A stretch of 34,352 nucleotides of DNA from Vicugna vicugna (GCA_013265495.1 MU058337.1:1854777-1889128), one strand, 5' to 3'. Positions 1 to 12,390 are shown, counted from the first letter of the stretch. Translations and numbers: made by a program. The notes: a model not told the origin generated them from the sequence alone.

Positions 1-48
1 TTTCTCCGTCAGCACCATTCTGTTGTAGCAGCCTGAATGGACTAAGGC
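1..48 (+). mobile_element. 3' end of an ERVL-MaLR (MLT1-like) LTR, cut by the window edge
   Basis: GTTGTAGCAGCCTGAATGGACTAAG resembles the MLT1 LTR terminus (tttgttatagcagcc...gactaagaca). The match is short. Confidence 0.5.
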
Positions 49-99
49 TGTTGGAGTCCAATTAGGATGGTTTCAGGGATGGTGCTCCCATCAGTGTCA

Positions 100-325
100 A
101 AGATACCGTGTCGAAGGTGACAGAAGTCCACTTGCTTGGAGCCCACTGAGTTGGGTAACATATAGAGGTCACTGGTCACCTGCAAGAGAACAGCTCTGGT
201 GGTAGGATGTGTGTGGGATGACACTGGGATCAAAGGGTCTAGAGAGGGAGGGGATGTGAGACAGTGAGTGCCCTGCACTTTTTAAGGAAATTTGCCTGAA
301 ATTGGAGTCAGAGGGTAAATAGCGA
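100..325 (-). mobile_element. LINE-2 (L2) ORF2 relic
   Basis: GAGGTCACTGGTCACCTGCAAGAGAACAG...GAGACAGTGAGTG matches antisense L2. The minus-strand ORF 42..278 reads LDPLIPVSSHTHPTTRAVLLQVTSDL, like the L2/CR1 RT motif [25 protein letters not shown]. Confidence 0.7.
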
Positions 326-415
326 TACTTAAAGCTGGAATTGAAACGGACAAGCTTATCTGCTGAGTGTGCAAGGCCAGCAGTGCTGTTCTGTCTCCTT
401 TGATTGTTTTTTCAC

Positions 416-462
416 GTTTACATTGCTATTTTTGATTTTTAAGTTTACATTGCTATTTTTGA
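416..462. repeat. Local direct duplication of a 20-mer
   Basis: GTTTACATTGCTATTTTTGA occurs identically at 416-435 and 443-462. Confidence 0.9.
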
Positions 463-1404
463 GATTATAATTGTTACTAAGACTGGATTGAACCATCAAG
501 CTCTGCTAGACATAATACCGAGAGCATGAAAGGAGGTAGGCTTGACTGAAAACATTCAACATTTCAGTTTCCATACAACAAAAGGGACATTCCTTTTAGG
601 TTAGATGAACTTCGGGTGGGAAAGTGGTTCAGAGTCGCAGACAGGCAGCTGAGAAGCGTGGGTGCAGTTTGTTTTCCGTTGAGGGACGCAAGCAGACAAA
701 GAGGGAGGCTCTGAATTGCACTGCAGGCAGCAAGATGGAAAACACTTTTTCTTAAAACTTTTGCTAGTTTTAACAACGGAATGAACAGAATGAAAAGCAG
801 GAGCCCAGCCCAGAAAGGAGCTTCCTGCTTGGCATGCAGAAAACTTTTAATTATAAATGTTTGGTTGGCTGTGGGAATACTGTCTGATGGGAGCTTCTGC
901 TGAAGCATCTTTACCTAAAATGAGAAGTGGTCGTACAGAGGTTTTTTTTCAATATGTTCAACGTGCAGCTGTCCAAAAGAATTCTGCGTGAGCTTCTGTA
1001 ATGTAGTTCTTTCTTATCCATCCTGAAACAGTATGCTTATTATGTTCATTAAATTTCTGTTAATATTCTTCCACCGACTTTCTCGATTCTAGATAATTAA
1101 TGCAGTGTTCTCCTTATCTCAGTAACGGTTCGTATTTAACAGCATCCGTTGAGGTACTGGGTACATACTAGGCAGCCAAACATATATTGGAAATTGAACT
1201 GAAATATACACACTGGAATACAGAATAAAAAGAGGGGAGAAGCTATCCAGATATGATAAAATGAATGCACACATCTGGTATTTTTACTGGCTAAATTTAA
1301 TTAAAAGCCTGTAAAGAAAGCATCTATGGACTGTTTCAAATCTACTGTCATCAAGAGCTTCCAGAGAATCAGCATTCATTTATTGAGAGCCTTTTAAATA
1401 CGCC

Positions 1405-1560
1405 AAAGGACATGAATTCAGGCTTTGGGATCAGGCTCTTTAACAGCTCCAGGGAGTACCTCTGGCCTTATTTGCCATGTCTCCTTAACTGGCTCACCTC
1501 TAAAATGGGCAAAGCGCTATCTGCTTCATAGGGATGATGCAAAATGTAATGCAAAATGAA
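1405..1560 (+). mobile_element. MIR SINE relic
   Basis: CAGGCTTTGGGATCAGG...CTCACCTCTAAAATGGG...CTGCTTCATAGGGATGATG parallels the MIR core and tail (ctcatctgtaaaatggg...acctcatagggttgttg). Confidence 0.55.
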
Positions 1561-3649
1561 CAGCGGTACCATTTCTTGAATGAGGGATTAGGGTTGCTTA
1601 TTTTGTCAAGTATTATGGAAAACACGTTAGAGACAGTGTTTGCATCTTGATGCAGTGGAGGGACCCTGACAACTCCACCCTCCTGAGCTGGAAAATAATC
1701 TCCAAAAGTCATCTACGGGAGTTAGGCTAAACATGACTACTGAGATGTAGAATGACTTCATGACATTCAGTTCTTTAAAGTTAGGTCAAGCCATTTGAAA
1801 TCATTCTTACAGGTCAAATAGTCAAGGTTTGGCAATTTCATCTGGTCCAAACTAACACAGCTACATTCATCTAAAAATACATTTCAAATTGTACCCTAAA
1901 AACAAACGGTGGACTTGGGTGCATTCTCCTGTGAGCCACTGGACTAACTGGCATACTCTCAGCATGGAGGGGGCAGTTTTTCCCATTGCTTTGAAATGCA
2001 TGACAGAAATTATGTTGAATTATTGTGTCATCCCTCCATCAACTGGGAAGTGATGGGGAGACTTTGAGGTAGGCCTAAAGTTGGATCAGATGAACAGTTT
2101 AGAATATGGAAGGAAGACCACAGGCACCTTCCTGTTCAGCAGAGTTCATGAAAACCTACGGTGAAGTTTATTTGGAAGTTAGAAGTGGCTTTGAGAGTTC
2201 CCATTTAAAGAAGCCTCAAAAAGCCTTATCTTAGGAGACACTGTCTCCTTTCAGAAATACTATTATCTTTTCTTCATTAAATAGAACAAATCAAGTTCCA
2301 AATGCCATATTGAAATGACTGGGCTTTTGTTGTTTTATTACAAGAAGAAAACAGTCTAGTCTTTCTCTTTGCCTTTGAGTGTTTCGTAGAGGAAGTCAGG
2401 CATTATTTTGTTTGTAATTAAAGACTATGTACTAAAGCACAATTTGAATAAGCAACTTTAATTAATCAAGGAAAAAACCCAATAACATTCTACGCCCATA
2501 TTTCAGTTTCTAAGAATGAGTGAAAAGGGTTTTCTTTTCTTTTTTTTTTTCCTTTTGAGGTTAGAAGCAGGTCAGGTCAGTAATTGAAGCTGGCTAGTCA
2601 TCAGCTGGTTTGACCTGCTAGGCTAGAATTTTCTTTACTACGGGAAAGTGTAATCAGAAAACCAGATGTAGCCCCATCCCGAGGCTGGAGCATAATGAAA
2701 AGCAGGCAGTTCATTTATTTTCTCCAAGCCTTTCAGATCTTCATTCAGCCATTTGGGGCTCGACTTTGCCCTGGACTGAGGAACTGCAGTGGGAGCCTTT
2801 ATTTAACTGGATCACAGTCCAAGAATGTAGAAATGGAAATTCAAATGTTTGCAATATCTTGAATCTCCTAGTTCCTTCAAAAGTTGATGGCTGTTTTGTG
2901 CTTTTTGCCTGAAAACAGGACAAATGAGATTTCAAACAAGACTAGGAGCCCATCCATTAGAGGCTTATTCTGATAAGAGTGTTCTCCTGAGGTCCTATAG
3001 GTGATACATCAGTGATTGGGGTGGGGGTGGGAAAGCATGACCTGAGCGAGTAATGTGGGGGTCAGATAACAGTTTGATCAAGCATATTCAATAGAACTCT
3101 TGTTTTCATGACATAAACTAGCTCCTTCTGCATTCAGCTCTGCACATTTATTTGTCCTACTTTATCCCAAAGCTTTGCACATGCATCCCAATGCCATTCT
3201 CCATTAAAATTCATCTGTGTATCCCCATTCTCATAAAAGAGGTCATCTAAGAGTTAATGTTCTCTTTACCAAATTTCCATAGACTGTCTTGTATATCATG
3301 ATGCTGTTGGAATGTTTCTTATGTAAACAGGTTTGAACTATTTTTTGGATATTATCTATTCAAAGGCTCTCTCTCAAATAATGAGAACACTATTTATTGT
3401 GAGCGTAAATGAATAAAGAAAAGAATTCCATTTATGAAGCCATTAGTCTTTGGGAAGATACTTTAAAGACCACAGTTAAGGAGAAGTCCTCACCACAAAC
3501 TGCAGGAGAGACTCCCCTTCAGGCTTCTGAAAGGGCTTTGTCATGCGGGGTGGAAGGGGCACTGCTGGGTTTGACCTCTCCGTAACTTGCAAGGAAGCGA
3601 GGGCTGAGAATGATCTGAAGATGCGAGATGCTGAAGTATCATGCATGAA

Positions 3650-4075
3650 TGAGTCAAACCTGGACTTCTGCCTAGGATACAGAAAAGAAATCTGGGGTTC
3701 TGTAGTTTCTGATTGTAATTTAGGGAAGGTGTTGAAGGAAGGAAGTAAAGCCTGGTGGAATCTGTTCTTTTTATGTGGCTTGGATATGGTTTAAAGAGCG
3801 GGAAGACGGGGTGAGCAAGAGATCCGTAAAATGAGTCACTGAAGCGTGTACTCCGTGAATGATCTCACTCAGACATCTCAGATACTTAGTGACTGGAGTA
3901 CGCGAAACAGGGCGGATGGATTTATTTGTCCATAATGGATGGAGATATCCAATCATAAAGGTTGGGGTGATCAGTCTCACCCTTTTGAGCATCTTGTCCC
4001 AGAAATCATTCCTGATACAGAAGGACTGAGCAGGAGAGCTGAAGGGCCTCCCATCTCGTCCTCTTTCTTGAGTCA
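3650..4075. promoter_or_regulatory. Cluster of three perfect AP-1 (TRE) sites, candidate enhancer
   Basis: TGAGTCA at 3650-3656, 3832-3838 and 4069-4075. Confidence 0.4.
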
Positions 4076-4603
4076 GGAGGCTGGCTGCTTTCCCCAGATC
4101 TGTGATGGAAGAGAGGGTTCTCTTCTCCGGACTATTGAGGACTTCAGCATCCAACATTTCATTTCTGAGCTAGATGGAATTATGGCAGTACAGAATTTCA
4201 TCCTCTGCTCTACTGTGGTCGGGAGCCGGAGGGGCCTGGGATCATGTTCTCCACGTGGCTGAGGCATTTGGAGTGAAGAGGGGATGATGATAGAAACTTC
4301 CAGATGGATTTTGGTGTCCTTCTCCGTCACTTGTGAGCAGGTGCAAGCCGCTCCCACAGGACCTTCACTTTCTCAACATGACCTTTCCTCAGCTCCCCTG
4401 TTTCTCTTTTTTCCCCTTAATTCTTCTACCTCCACCCTCACTTCACACCCCAGGGCTTAAAACCACAGACAGATGGGAAGGAATGGCTGTGACTTCAGTG
4501 ATTGCCAACCACAACCACGGATCAGTTCAGGGACCTGGGGAAGTAAATATGCTGCCCACATGGCTTATGCCAGAGAAACATTTCAGTTACTATCTGCGCT
4601 TAC

Positions 4604-4709
4604 CCTAAAGAATTTGTAGAACGTCCTCTGTTTGCTAGAATGAACGTCTTCATCTTTGGAACACTAATTTGACTGCTGAACAAATTCTTTTTTGATTTGT
4701 CCAAAGTAC
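4604..4709 (-). other. Candidate 106-nt internal exon of an unidentified minus-strand transcript
   Basis: The minus strand has acceptor ttatttcctgtcccttcgtcttcttcag|GTAC and donor TTAGG|gtaagc. One of three frames is open. Confidence 0.4.
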
Positions 4710-7700
4710 CTGAAGAAGACGAAGGGACAGGAAATAACAAAATAGCAATAAAAAAAAAAAAAGAAAGCCTGAAACTGTGGAATGAGCACCCCAGTATAAT
4801 TCTCATTTTGCATCAGTCTTTCCCGGGCTCGTTCCCCGTGCTGAATCATGTCTTTTCTTGGATTGGCCCTAGGAAAGATGGTCATCATTTGAAGTTTGTC
4901 TTTAATCAACTGAGCAACTGTGTCCCTCCTCACAGACACACTCCCTCTCCCTTCTCTGGACCTAAGCTCCAAACGTCCCTATTTCTTTCTCTTTCGCATC
5001 TCCATCAAAAAGATGCCTGTCCCAGCACCATTCCCTCAAGGTGATGGCTAAAACCTGAGACTCAGCCTGAGGACGTCATAGAAAGTTTGATCCCCGATTC
5101 AAATCTAACCCTGAAAACTTAAAGGGCTTCTTAAGCCTTTGTCAAACAGGGCTGACAACTGCACTGACACTCCTGTGGCTTTCTCAAGTTCGATCCTACA
5201 GATGGCTAACTTGAGCCACCATCATTTTAATTCTCTTTGCCCTTTTAATGCTTTTATTTCCTCCTTAATATTGCCTTTACTGTCATATCCCACTAGAGAC
5301 AATTTTGACAAGCACGTGAAAAATGAGAGTCATATGATTTTTAATCTAAAAATACATATTCCATTTAATATAGAATTGAGGTCTCACATAAAAGATGGCA
5401 GGTGTATACATCCAATATTTAAAAGGAAAACTACACTCTGCCTCTTAGAGAAAAAGCATGAACTGCTGAATTATGTTGAGGTCTTCCAGGTTTGCCTGTT
5501 TTAAAAATGTTTCAAATATCTTAAAACCGTTTTATCTTTACTGCAAATACATGGTAATTTCAGGCAGCCTGAGTTGCGATAACATTCTCCTTAAGGATGT
5601 AAACTCATTCTTGGCTTTTTTTCCTTAAGTGATTCTGTATCTGTGTTTGCGTTTAGAACCAGAAATATCTTTGGGAAACGATTTCTGTAAGTTGAAAGGA
5701 TGACCAGGTAGGGAATAAAGACAGGGAAGATCCGTGATTCACTATTATAACGGTATGTGCCTGAATCTGAATTTCATGTAGGGTTAATTTAAGTTTATGA
5801 AAAAGACACTGATGTCTCATAAATTGAAGTTTTTGTTGCAATACTGACGTTTAGCAATTAAAAGAATAAACTTCTGAGCAAAGAACAAGAATATAAAATT
5901 CTCCTTTCAGTCCTGTTCACAGAAGAGTAAAGACAAGTCCGTCAAATTCTAGAATTTACTACGTTTTGGGGAGTGGCAACGGGAGTGCTTTTTCTACTTG
6001 AAAATGTCATTTTTACTTTCTTGTTTTCCTTTTGGAAAAGCATCAGGGAATTGTTTTGGGTTCACTTATGAATCAACGTAGATGGCTCTCATTTCCTGAA
6101 GACGAGTGACAAGAAATAGCGCCAGTCTCGTTAGCATTTGAGGATAATTATGTGTTTTTAATAGTTACATAATCTTATAACTATAATTATGTATTACATA
6201 ATTTAATCTTCTACAAACAGAAGGGAGGGGGTGTCATTACTGTTGAAGGAGAATGTAGACTCCAAATTAAATGATAAATGGTTTTGATATATGCAGAATA
6301 CACAGGGAGATCTAAAAGAGAAAGCAAATATAAGTAACAAACTGAAGAAGGCATTGTCACAGAGCAAATTATACCTTAGGGACTTGGAGGAAACGGAAAC
6401 TGATCCTATTGAAGCCTTTTCCTTAGAAGGAGATGTTATCGCTGTGTTTAGTGATGTCTGATACTCACCCGCTCTGTTAACAGTTCTTCTGAGTCAGGGG
6501 GCTTAATATTTTTAACTGACTGTACCTGACAGTCGTCTGCACCTGGCAGTGGTGTCCCCCACTCCTCGGGAGTGGAAATGCACAAAAAGCAAAACACAGT
6601 GGAGAATCTGGAAAGAGCTGATTCGGGAGTGGTGGAGGCTGCTCCCCAGAGCTCTGGTCTCGGGTCCGGGGAACCCTGTGGAACAGCAGGCTGGCGGTTC
6701 TGTTAACGGAGCAACAGGCTGACCCGTTCACTTCAACCGCAGTGTGCAGTGCAGCTTGGCAAGTAACCGATGGAAGAGTCTTTGTAAATATTATTGGCTT
6801 GGTTGTCACATGTTTGCACTTGGATTTATTGAAGCATAGATTCAGACCACATTGCCCGGACTTGTCATAAATCTTGGGTTTGTAGGACTTGAGAAAAGAG
6901 CAGTATTTCTCCTCTGTCTTTCCAGCATGGAGCCACAACGTGGTTCAATACTGAATCCTATTTTAATGTTTCGAAGTGTCAGCACTGTGTTTTGCGAAGC
7001 AGGGAGGTATGTGGAACCTACTGTAGGGAGATGAGAATATAAACAGATGAGTTGAAAATAGCTAATGTGTCATGTGTGCCTCTGGGGATAGAATCTGAAG
7101 TTTTTGAACAAAACTTCAAAACTCGTCCATGCAAGCCAGTACTGTCTTCCAAGTACCTTTTTTCAGATTTAGAGTTTGTCTAATGATATTACTCAGCTCT
7201 TCTCTTGGAATCACTTTCAGAGTCAGTTTATGAACCAAATAACAATCCACCTGTTCCTGAGTCCGGCACGCACTTCTACCAAGTCGCGTCCCACGGCTCA
7301 ATGACTCAGCCCTGCTCACCAAACCTGCCTCTGAATAGCCGTCGTCTTTATTCCCTTCTTCCAGAAATAAAACTCAAAGTGGGAGGACTGTCCACCACTG
7401 GCAATATTCCAAAGAAGTGTGTAGGAAAAGGCTCAAAAGAGAAATTCCAAACATGGGAATGCTTCTGGGTGATCGTAGCATCATGGTCACAACACCATCA
7501 TGAAGCCCCAAGCCGCCTGACTGCCAGGCAGGCGGGAGTGGGGCAGGAGGTTCCCCCAGTGCTTCGAGGGGCTGGCTCATCAGAGGGGTGTGGGCCCCAC
7601 TGCTTTGTAAGGCAGGGCCCAGGAGCCTGGCATGGCCAGACACCAGACCTCAGCACAGGGTGCTGGGTGAGGGACCCCGACATTGGACGGTGTGGTCAGG

Positions 7701-7954
7701 GACACTCCAGCCCCTCTGCTGGTGTGAGCAGGAGACTGGAGAGCAGGACCTGTGGTGGCAGAGACCATGGTTTGAGCTGCTGGCTCAGCCCATGACGCTG
7801 CCCAAATGCCTAAGTGCAGCCCAGACTGAATTTCGTGGAACTCGCCAGGAGGCTGTTCTGGGGGGAGTCCGGCTGCGACTTTATCTCCTTAATACTCGCT
7901 CTGCCCCAAGTGCCCACTTTGCAGGGGACAACGTGGACTTACCTTGTCATTAGA

Positions 7955-8050
7955 TTGAGGGACATGTCCTGGATCTAACTTCCTAGCACTGCGAGCTTGA
8001 ATAAGTCATGACCTGCCTGAACCGCAGCGCCTTAATTTGTAATACCACCG
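7955..8050 (+). mobile_element. MIR relic
   Basis: TCCTGGATCTAACTTCCTAGCACTGCGAGCTTGAATAAGTCATGACCT...CCGCAGCGCCTTAATTTGTAA resembles the MIR core. Confidence 0.5.
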
Positions 8051-8479
8051 AACAGTCTGGAACTTTCTTTTGCAACGTCGCACTCTCTGTATGACTGAGC
8101 ACTTCAGCGTTCTTCACACCGTTGCTTATTTCAGAAACTCATGTGGAGTAGGGGGAAAACAAAGTCTTAACCTGAAAACAGTATCTAATATATCATTTGC
8201 TTAAATGAATATCCCGAACATGAGCTCGACCTAGATTTAAAAAAAAAAAAAAGAGCACTTTTACTGTTGATCCATTGTGGTAGCAATTTTAAATTTTGTA
8301 ACTTGCTTTCACTTTGTTCCTAAATTCCTATCCCATAATCTCTTTTGGTTATCACAGTTGAGGGGAAAAATGATTCATAAAAAGCTCACAGTGGGATTAA
8401 ATGGGTTACAGGCACATCTCACACAGATACATACTCTGGTCGGAAAAGCTTTCTTTTCAAAGTTTCAATGAAAGTGAGT

Positions 8480-8900
8480 CTTTTACGGAGCTGGCGCTGG
8501 CTGTGGCCACTTTCTGCCCCCCGTGATGTGGGTGGGGATTTCTGGTCTGAAATATGCCCGGATTGCACGCCCTGGCCTGTTTGTGCGTGAAATACAGCAG
8601 CGGCGCTGCAGAAACGATTCTTCACGTCCGACCCCCGCCGCTAGCCTCGCGCACGTTGTTCTCATTTCCGCCCTTCACAAGGCATTTGTTCCTTCCACCG
8701 CGCTGTGCTTACGTGGATGAGGTTCATCTGGTTTGTTGATGTTATGAAATATGGAATTCTCATATTAACGGTCCTCAAATCATATGGGAATACTTTGCAC
8801 CGTGTCTCTGCTGCGGCGCAGCGTTACCTTGTATCCTACAGAGTGGGCTGACATGCTATTAAATTACTCCTTTTTATGTCGTTCGCGTTTCTTGTTTTCG
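8480..8900. promoter_or_regulatory. CpG-rich patch, candidate promoter or enhancer
   Basis: Roughly 20 CpGs lie within about 8485-8715, well above the flanking density. No repeat family is recognisable here. Confidence 0.4.
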
Positions 8901-9354
8901 GAGGACCTTTGTCCTCCTATTTGTGAAGTTGCAACTCTGACACTGGAAAAGGGGCCCTTGGAGCACTTGAGAGCTCGACTTCATAGAAAGCCACGTGGAT
9001 CAGCACCTTCAAGGCCTGAGGGAAGGGATTTTGAAAGCGGCACTGGAAGACGTTAAACTACTTCGTTTATCCATCAAGTCAGGGCTCTTTTAAACCCATT
9101 GATACATTTTAACAGAAGATCACCTGAGCCTTTCCACATGAGTGTCCAGTGACTTTTCTAGAATATTAACTTTGCCTAGATTATGCAGGTCAGGGATTCT
9201 TTAGTGAAGTGAGAACAGATTATCTTGGTTAAATTATTTCAACGAACTAGCCTAGTACAGTGAAAGAAAACCACAGCATCTAAAAGCCAAATTATAACTG
9301 GCCTTATTTTTCTTACTAAAATCTTAATGTTTCTGAAAACACGCAGAGGCTGGG

Positions 9355-9547
9355 GCACTGGTTCTTCAGCTTGAGTGTGCGCCTAAATTGCGTGGAGGGC
9401 CTCTTTAAAACAGACTGCTGGGTCTCGTCTCAGAGTCTGATTCATGGAAGGAGGTTGGGACCAAGACCTCCCATTTCTGACAGCTTCCCAGATGATGCTA
9501 ATGCTGTGATCTGGAGATCACACTCACTCACCCGGGGGAGCTACTGA
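9355..9547. mobile_element. MER5A-like hAT-Charlie non-autonomous DNA transposon
   Basis: CACTGGTTCTTCAGCTTGAGTGTGC...TGGAGGGC...TTAAAACAGACTGCTGGG...CAGAGTCTGATTCA...CATTTCTGACAGCTTCCCAGATGATGCTAATGCTG follows the MER5A consensus over its length. Confidence 0.8.
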
Positions 9548-11959
9548 GGGACAAAGGGGGAAATGGAAGGCAGGTCAGTGAGAGCTCTGAGCATCACTTC
9601 CACTTTTAGTCAGATTTAAAATACGGTTCAAGATTCAAAAGTACCAGAACCTGGAGTCAAATCTAAATCAGAATTTAAGGTCTTACAGGTACAGATCTAA
9701 AAACGATAAGCTCCCTTTTATTTCCTTCCCTGTAATCACTCATAGTCTGGCCCCTGCTCAGAGAATTCTCCAGAACCACAGACGCTTAGAATTGGACAGG
9801 ACAACAGAGCAGCCATCTTAGTGAACCTACCCAGAGCCAACAGCGGCTTCAGAGGAAAGCTCACAAGCCGGGACCCAGCACACAGGGCCTCGAACCTTGA
9901 CTCCTTGAATTTCTTAAGTGGTCAGTCGTTAAGGGACACAGGCACCCCTGCCGGTTCCCTTGTAAAGGAAGGAAATGAACTTGTCTTTCGAATCTTCAGC
10001 TGCAATTAAAAGACATAATGGAGCCAAGTGTAGATGTGCAAAGTGACCATTTGAAGGGACCTATGGGACGTCTGAGCCTGCAGGACGGAGCTCCACACTA
10101 GACGAAATTCATCTGCACATCTGGACTGAATCCTGCACGGATGTGCCGCTAGCATCCATCAAAGAGAGGAACGCTGGCTGAGCCTTTTTCAAGTGCCCGG
10201 TGCCTCTGGCAGGTGTCCCAGGTGCGATGCTGCTGGAAGTGAGCGTAGCCCAGAAGCCACCAGTGCTGTGGTCCTAACGGCCAGAGCCCTCCCTTCTGGG
10301 AGGGGACGTTCTGGTGCCTGTTTTCCAGATGTTATAAAAATACCCAGTCCTTCTAACCTCCTGGTTAGAACATCCTGGTCATGGTCTGGCTTCCCCTGGC
10401 TCGGTCTGCCGGTTTGAAGTGTTCTGGTTTCTGCAGCAGTGAATTCTCACAGTTGGTTAGGAAGTCGACTCACTGTAGAGAGCTGGACACACAGCCCCGC
10501 TGGGTCTCCGCACGGCGATGCTTCTTGGTATCGCGATGGGAAGGCTCGTGATTAGCAGCTGGTCTGTCCTGCACCTTAACCTCAGGGACAGGATGCACTG
10601 GGCCTGCTGAGTCTGTGTGGGGGTTTTGTTTCTGTAAAGTTATTAAGTGGACATTCTGGCTTTACACTCTAGTCTAATGAGCTTGGAAAATGGGCTTCTG
10701 CCCCCAAGTAGCTGCTTGTAAAGCCGAGGGCCAAGTCTCCCTTGGAGGTAAATTCTCCAAGTCCTTAGCGCTCTGCGTTGGGGCTGGGCCGCTGGGTCCT
10801 CGGTGGTCCAGGTGCGACTGTGTGGGGAGAACCAGCCCTTCGTTTCGTAAGCAGACTGGACATTGGCATGCTACCAGTTACAGGCCTCTCCTGGGAGGCT
10901 CAGATAATGGCGCTAATGTCTGTCCTGACTGGGAGTTAAATAAGCCTCATAATCTAATGCAGGCTTTGTTCAAAACATCTCATGGGAGAAAATGCCTGTA
11001 CTTAAGACACTGAAGACTTGTGTCAACTTGTGGCTTAAGCTCATGACCATTTGCACTTGAGTTCATGGCCATCCTTCCCCCCTCATCCACCAAAGCCGTC
11101 CATTTGTCTTTAGTGTCCCCAATTTGCCACTTCTTTTGTCTCTGTCTCTTCTCCAGACCACAGTCACTTCACAAGGATGTCACTGTTTGGCCATACAGGG
11201 TCCCACTATAAAAAAAAAAATTTTTTTTTTACATGCTGTAACTGTTTTGGGGAACTCGGATAATTTTCCCCCATAATCAAACATATTCCCAGTGGCATCA
11301 CTGAGAATGGCAATGCGTTTATTCACTCCTTCCCTCTTCCGTTCCACAGATGCCTGTCAGACACACCATAGGGCAGACCCTCGGTAGGTGCTGGGTAGAG
11401 AGGCCAGCATACACCCTGCGGGGTCCATCCACTGCGGCAGAGGCTTCTATTCCAGTGGAGATGATACGGTTTTACTCAAAAGAGCAGTAAGTCCAAAAAG
11501 AAAAGGGGGTGAAGAGCACCAGCTGGAGGCCTCTCTCCTCCTGGTCCTGGGAGGATGGGCTTCTTGTGAACAAGCAGCCCTTCGGGAGCAGACATGAGGT
11601 CTCCGTCACTTCTGCGCACCCTGCTGTGATGTCCAGACTGTCCCCAGGCTCCGAGGACACTGATGACTTTGAAAGTATTAAAAGTGAGGTGGGAAGAAAG
11701 GTGAGCAAGATGAATGACGGCTTGGAAATGGTCCTGGGCTTGGTGCGTGTCTCCGTCTCAGTGCTGACGTGCCTGAAGTATCACATCAGGGAGCTCTTCC
11801 CCTTTTCCTCACTGAGATAATTCTCTGCCTGAACGAACAGAAGAGGGGATGTGTCTTTAGAGTGGTTCGTGCCATTAAACTACTCCCAATAGTAGAGGAC
11901 AGAGTAGATGCAAGGTTTTAATTAGACTAACCCTGAAGAGGTACAAAGAATAGTTTTAC

Positions 11960-12390
11960 AAAATACTATCCTGTCATAACAAAACAAAATTCTGCCACTT
12001 GTGGCCACGGGGATGGACTTGGAGGGCGTTATGCTAAGTGAAATAAGACAGACAGATAAAGACAAATGCTGTATGGTATCACTTCTGCGTGGAATCTCAG
12101 AAATATAACAAACCAGTGAACGTAGCAAAAAAGCAGCCTCGCAGATCTAGAGAACAAACTAATGATTCCCAGCGGGGGCGGGGAGGGGCAAGATCGGGGT
12201 AGGGGAGGAAGAGGTGCAAACCGCTGGGTATAAAATAAGCTACAGGGATGCGCTGCACAACATGGGGAACACAGCCAACGTTTTGTAATAACTGTAAATG
12301 GAGTATAACCTTCAAACATTGTGAATCACCATACTGCATACCTGTAACTTGTATAATACTGTACAGCAAATGCACTTTCATAAAAAAAAT
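11960..12390 (+). mobile_element. 5'-truncated LINE-1 3' end (ORF2 tail plus 3' UTR)
   Basis: ATGGACTTGGAGGGCGTTATGCTAAGTGAAATAAGACAGACAGATAAAGACAAATGCTGTATGGTATCACTT is followed by a G-rich tract and an A-tail at about 12382-12389. Confidence 0.9.

Noticed and set aside
2738..2862. Acceptor followed by a frame reading PFGARLCPG, reminiscent of a P450 heme motif
   Set aside because: The spacing does not fit FxxGxRxCxG and no other P450 exons are visible.
7205..7795. 196-aa plus-strand ORF and overlapping ORFs
   Set aside because: Non-ATG start, a GC-rich stop-poor region open in several frames, and no homology recognised.
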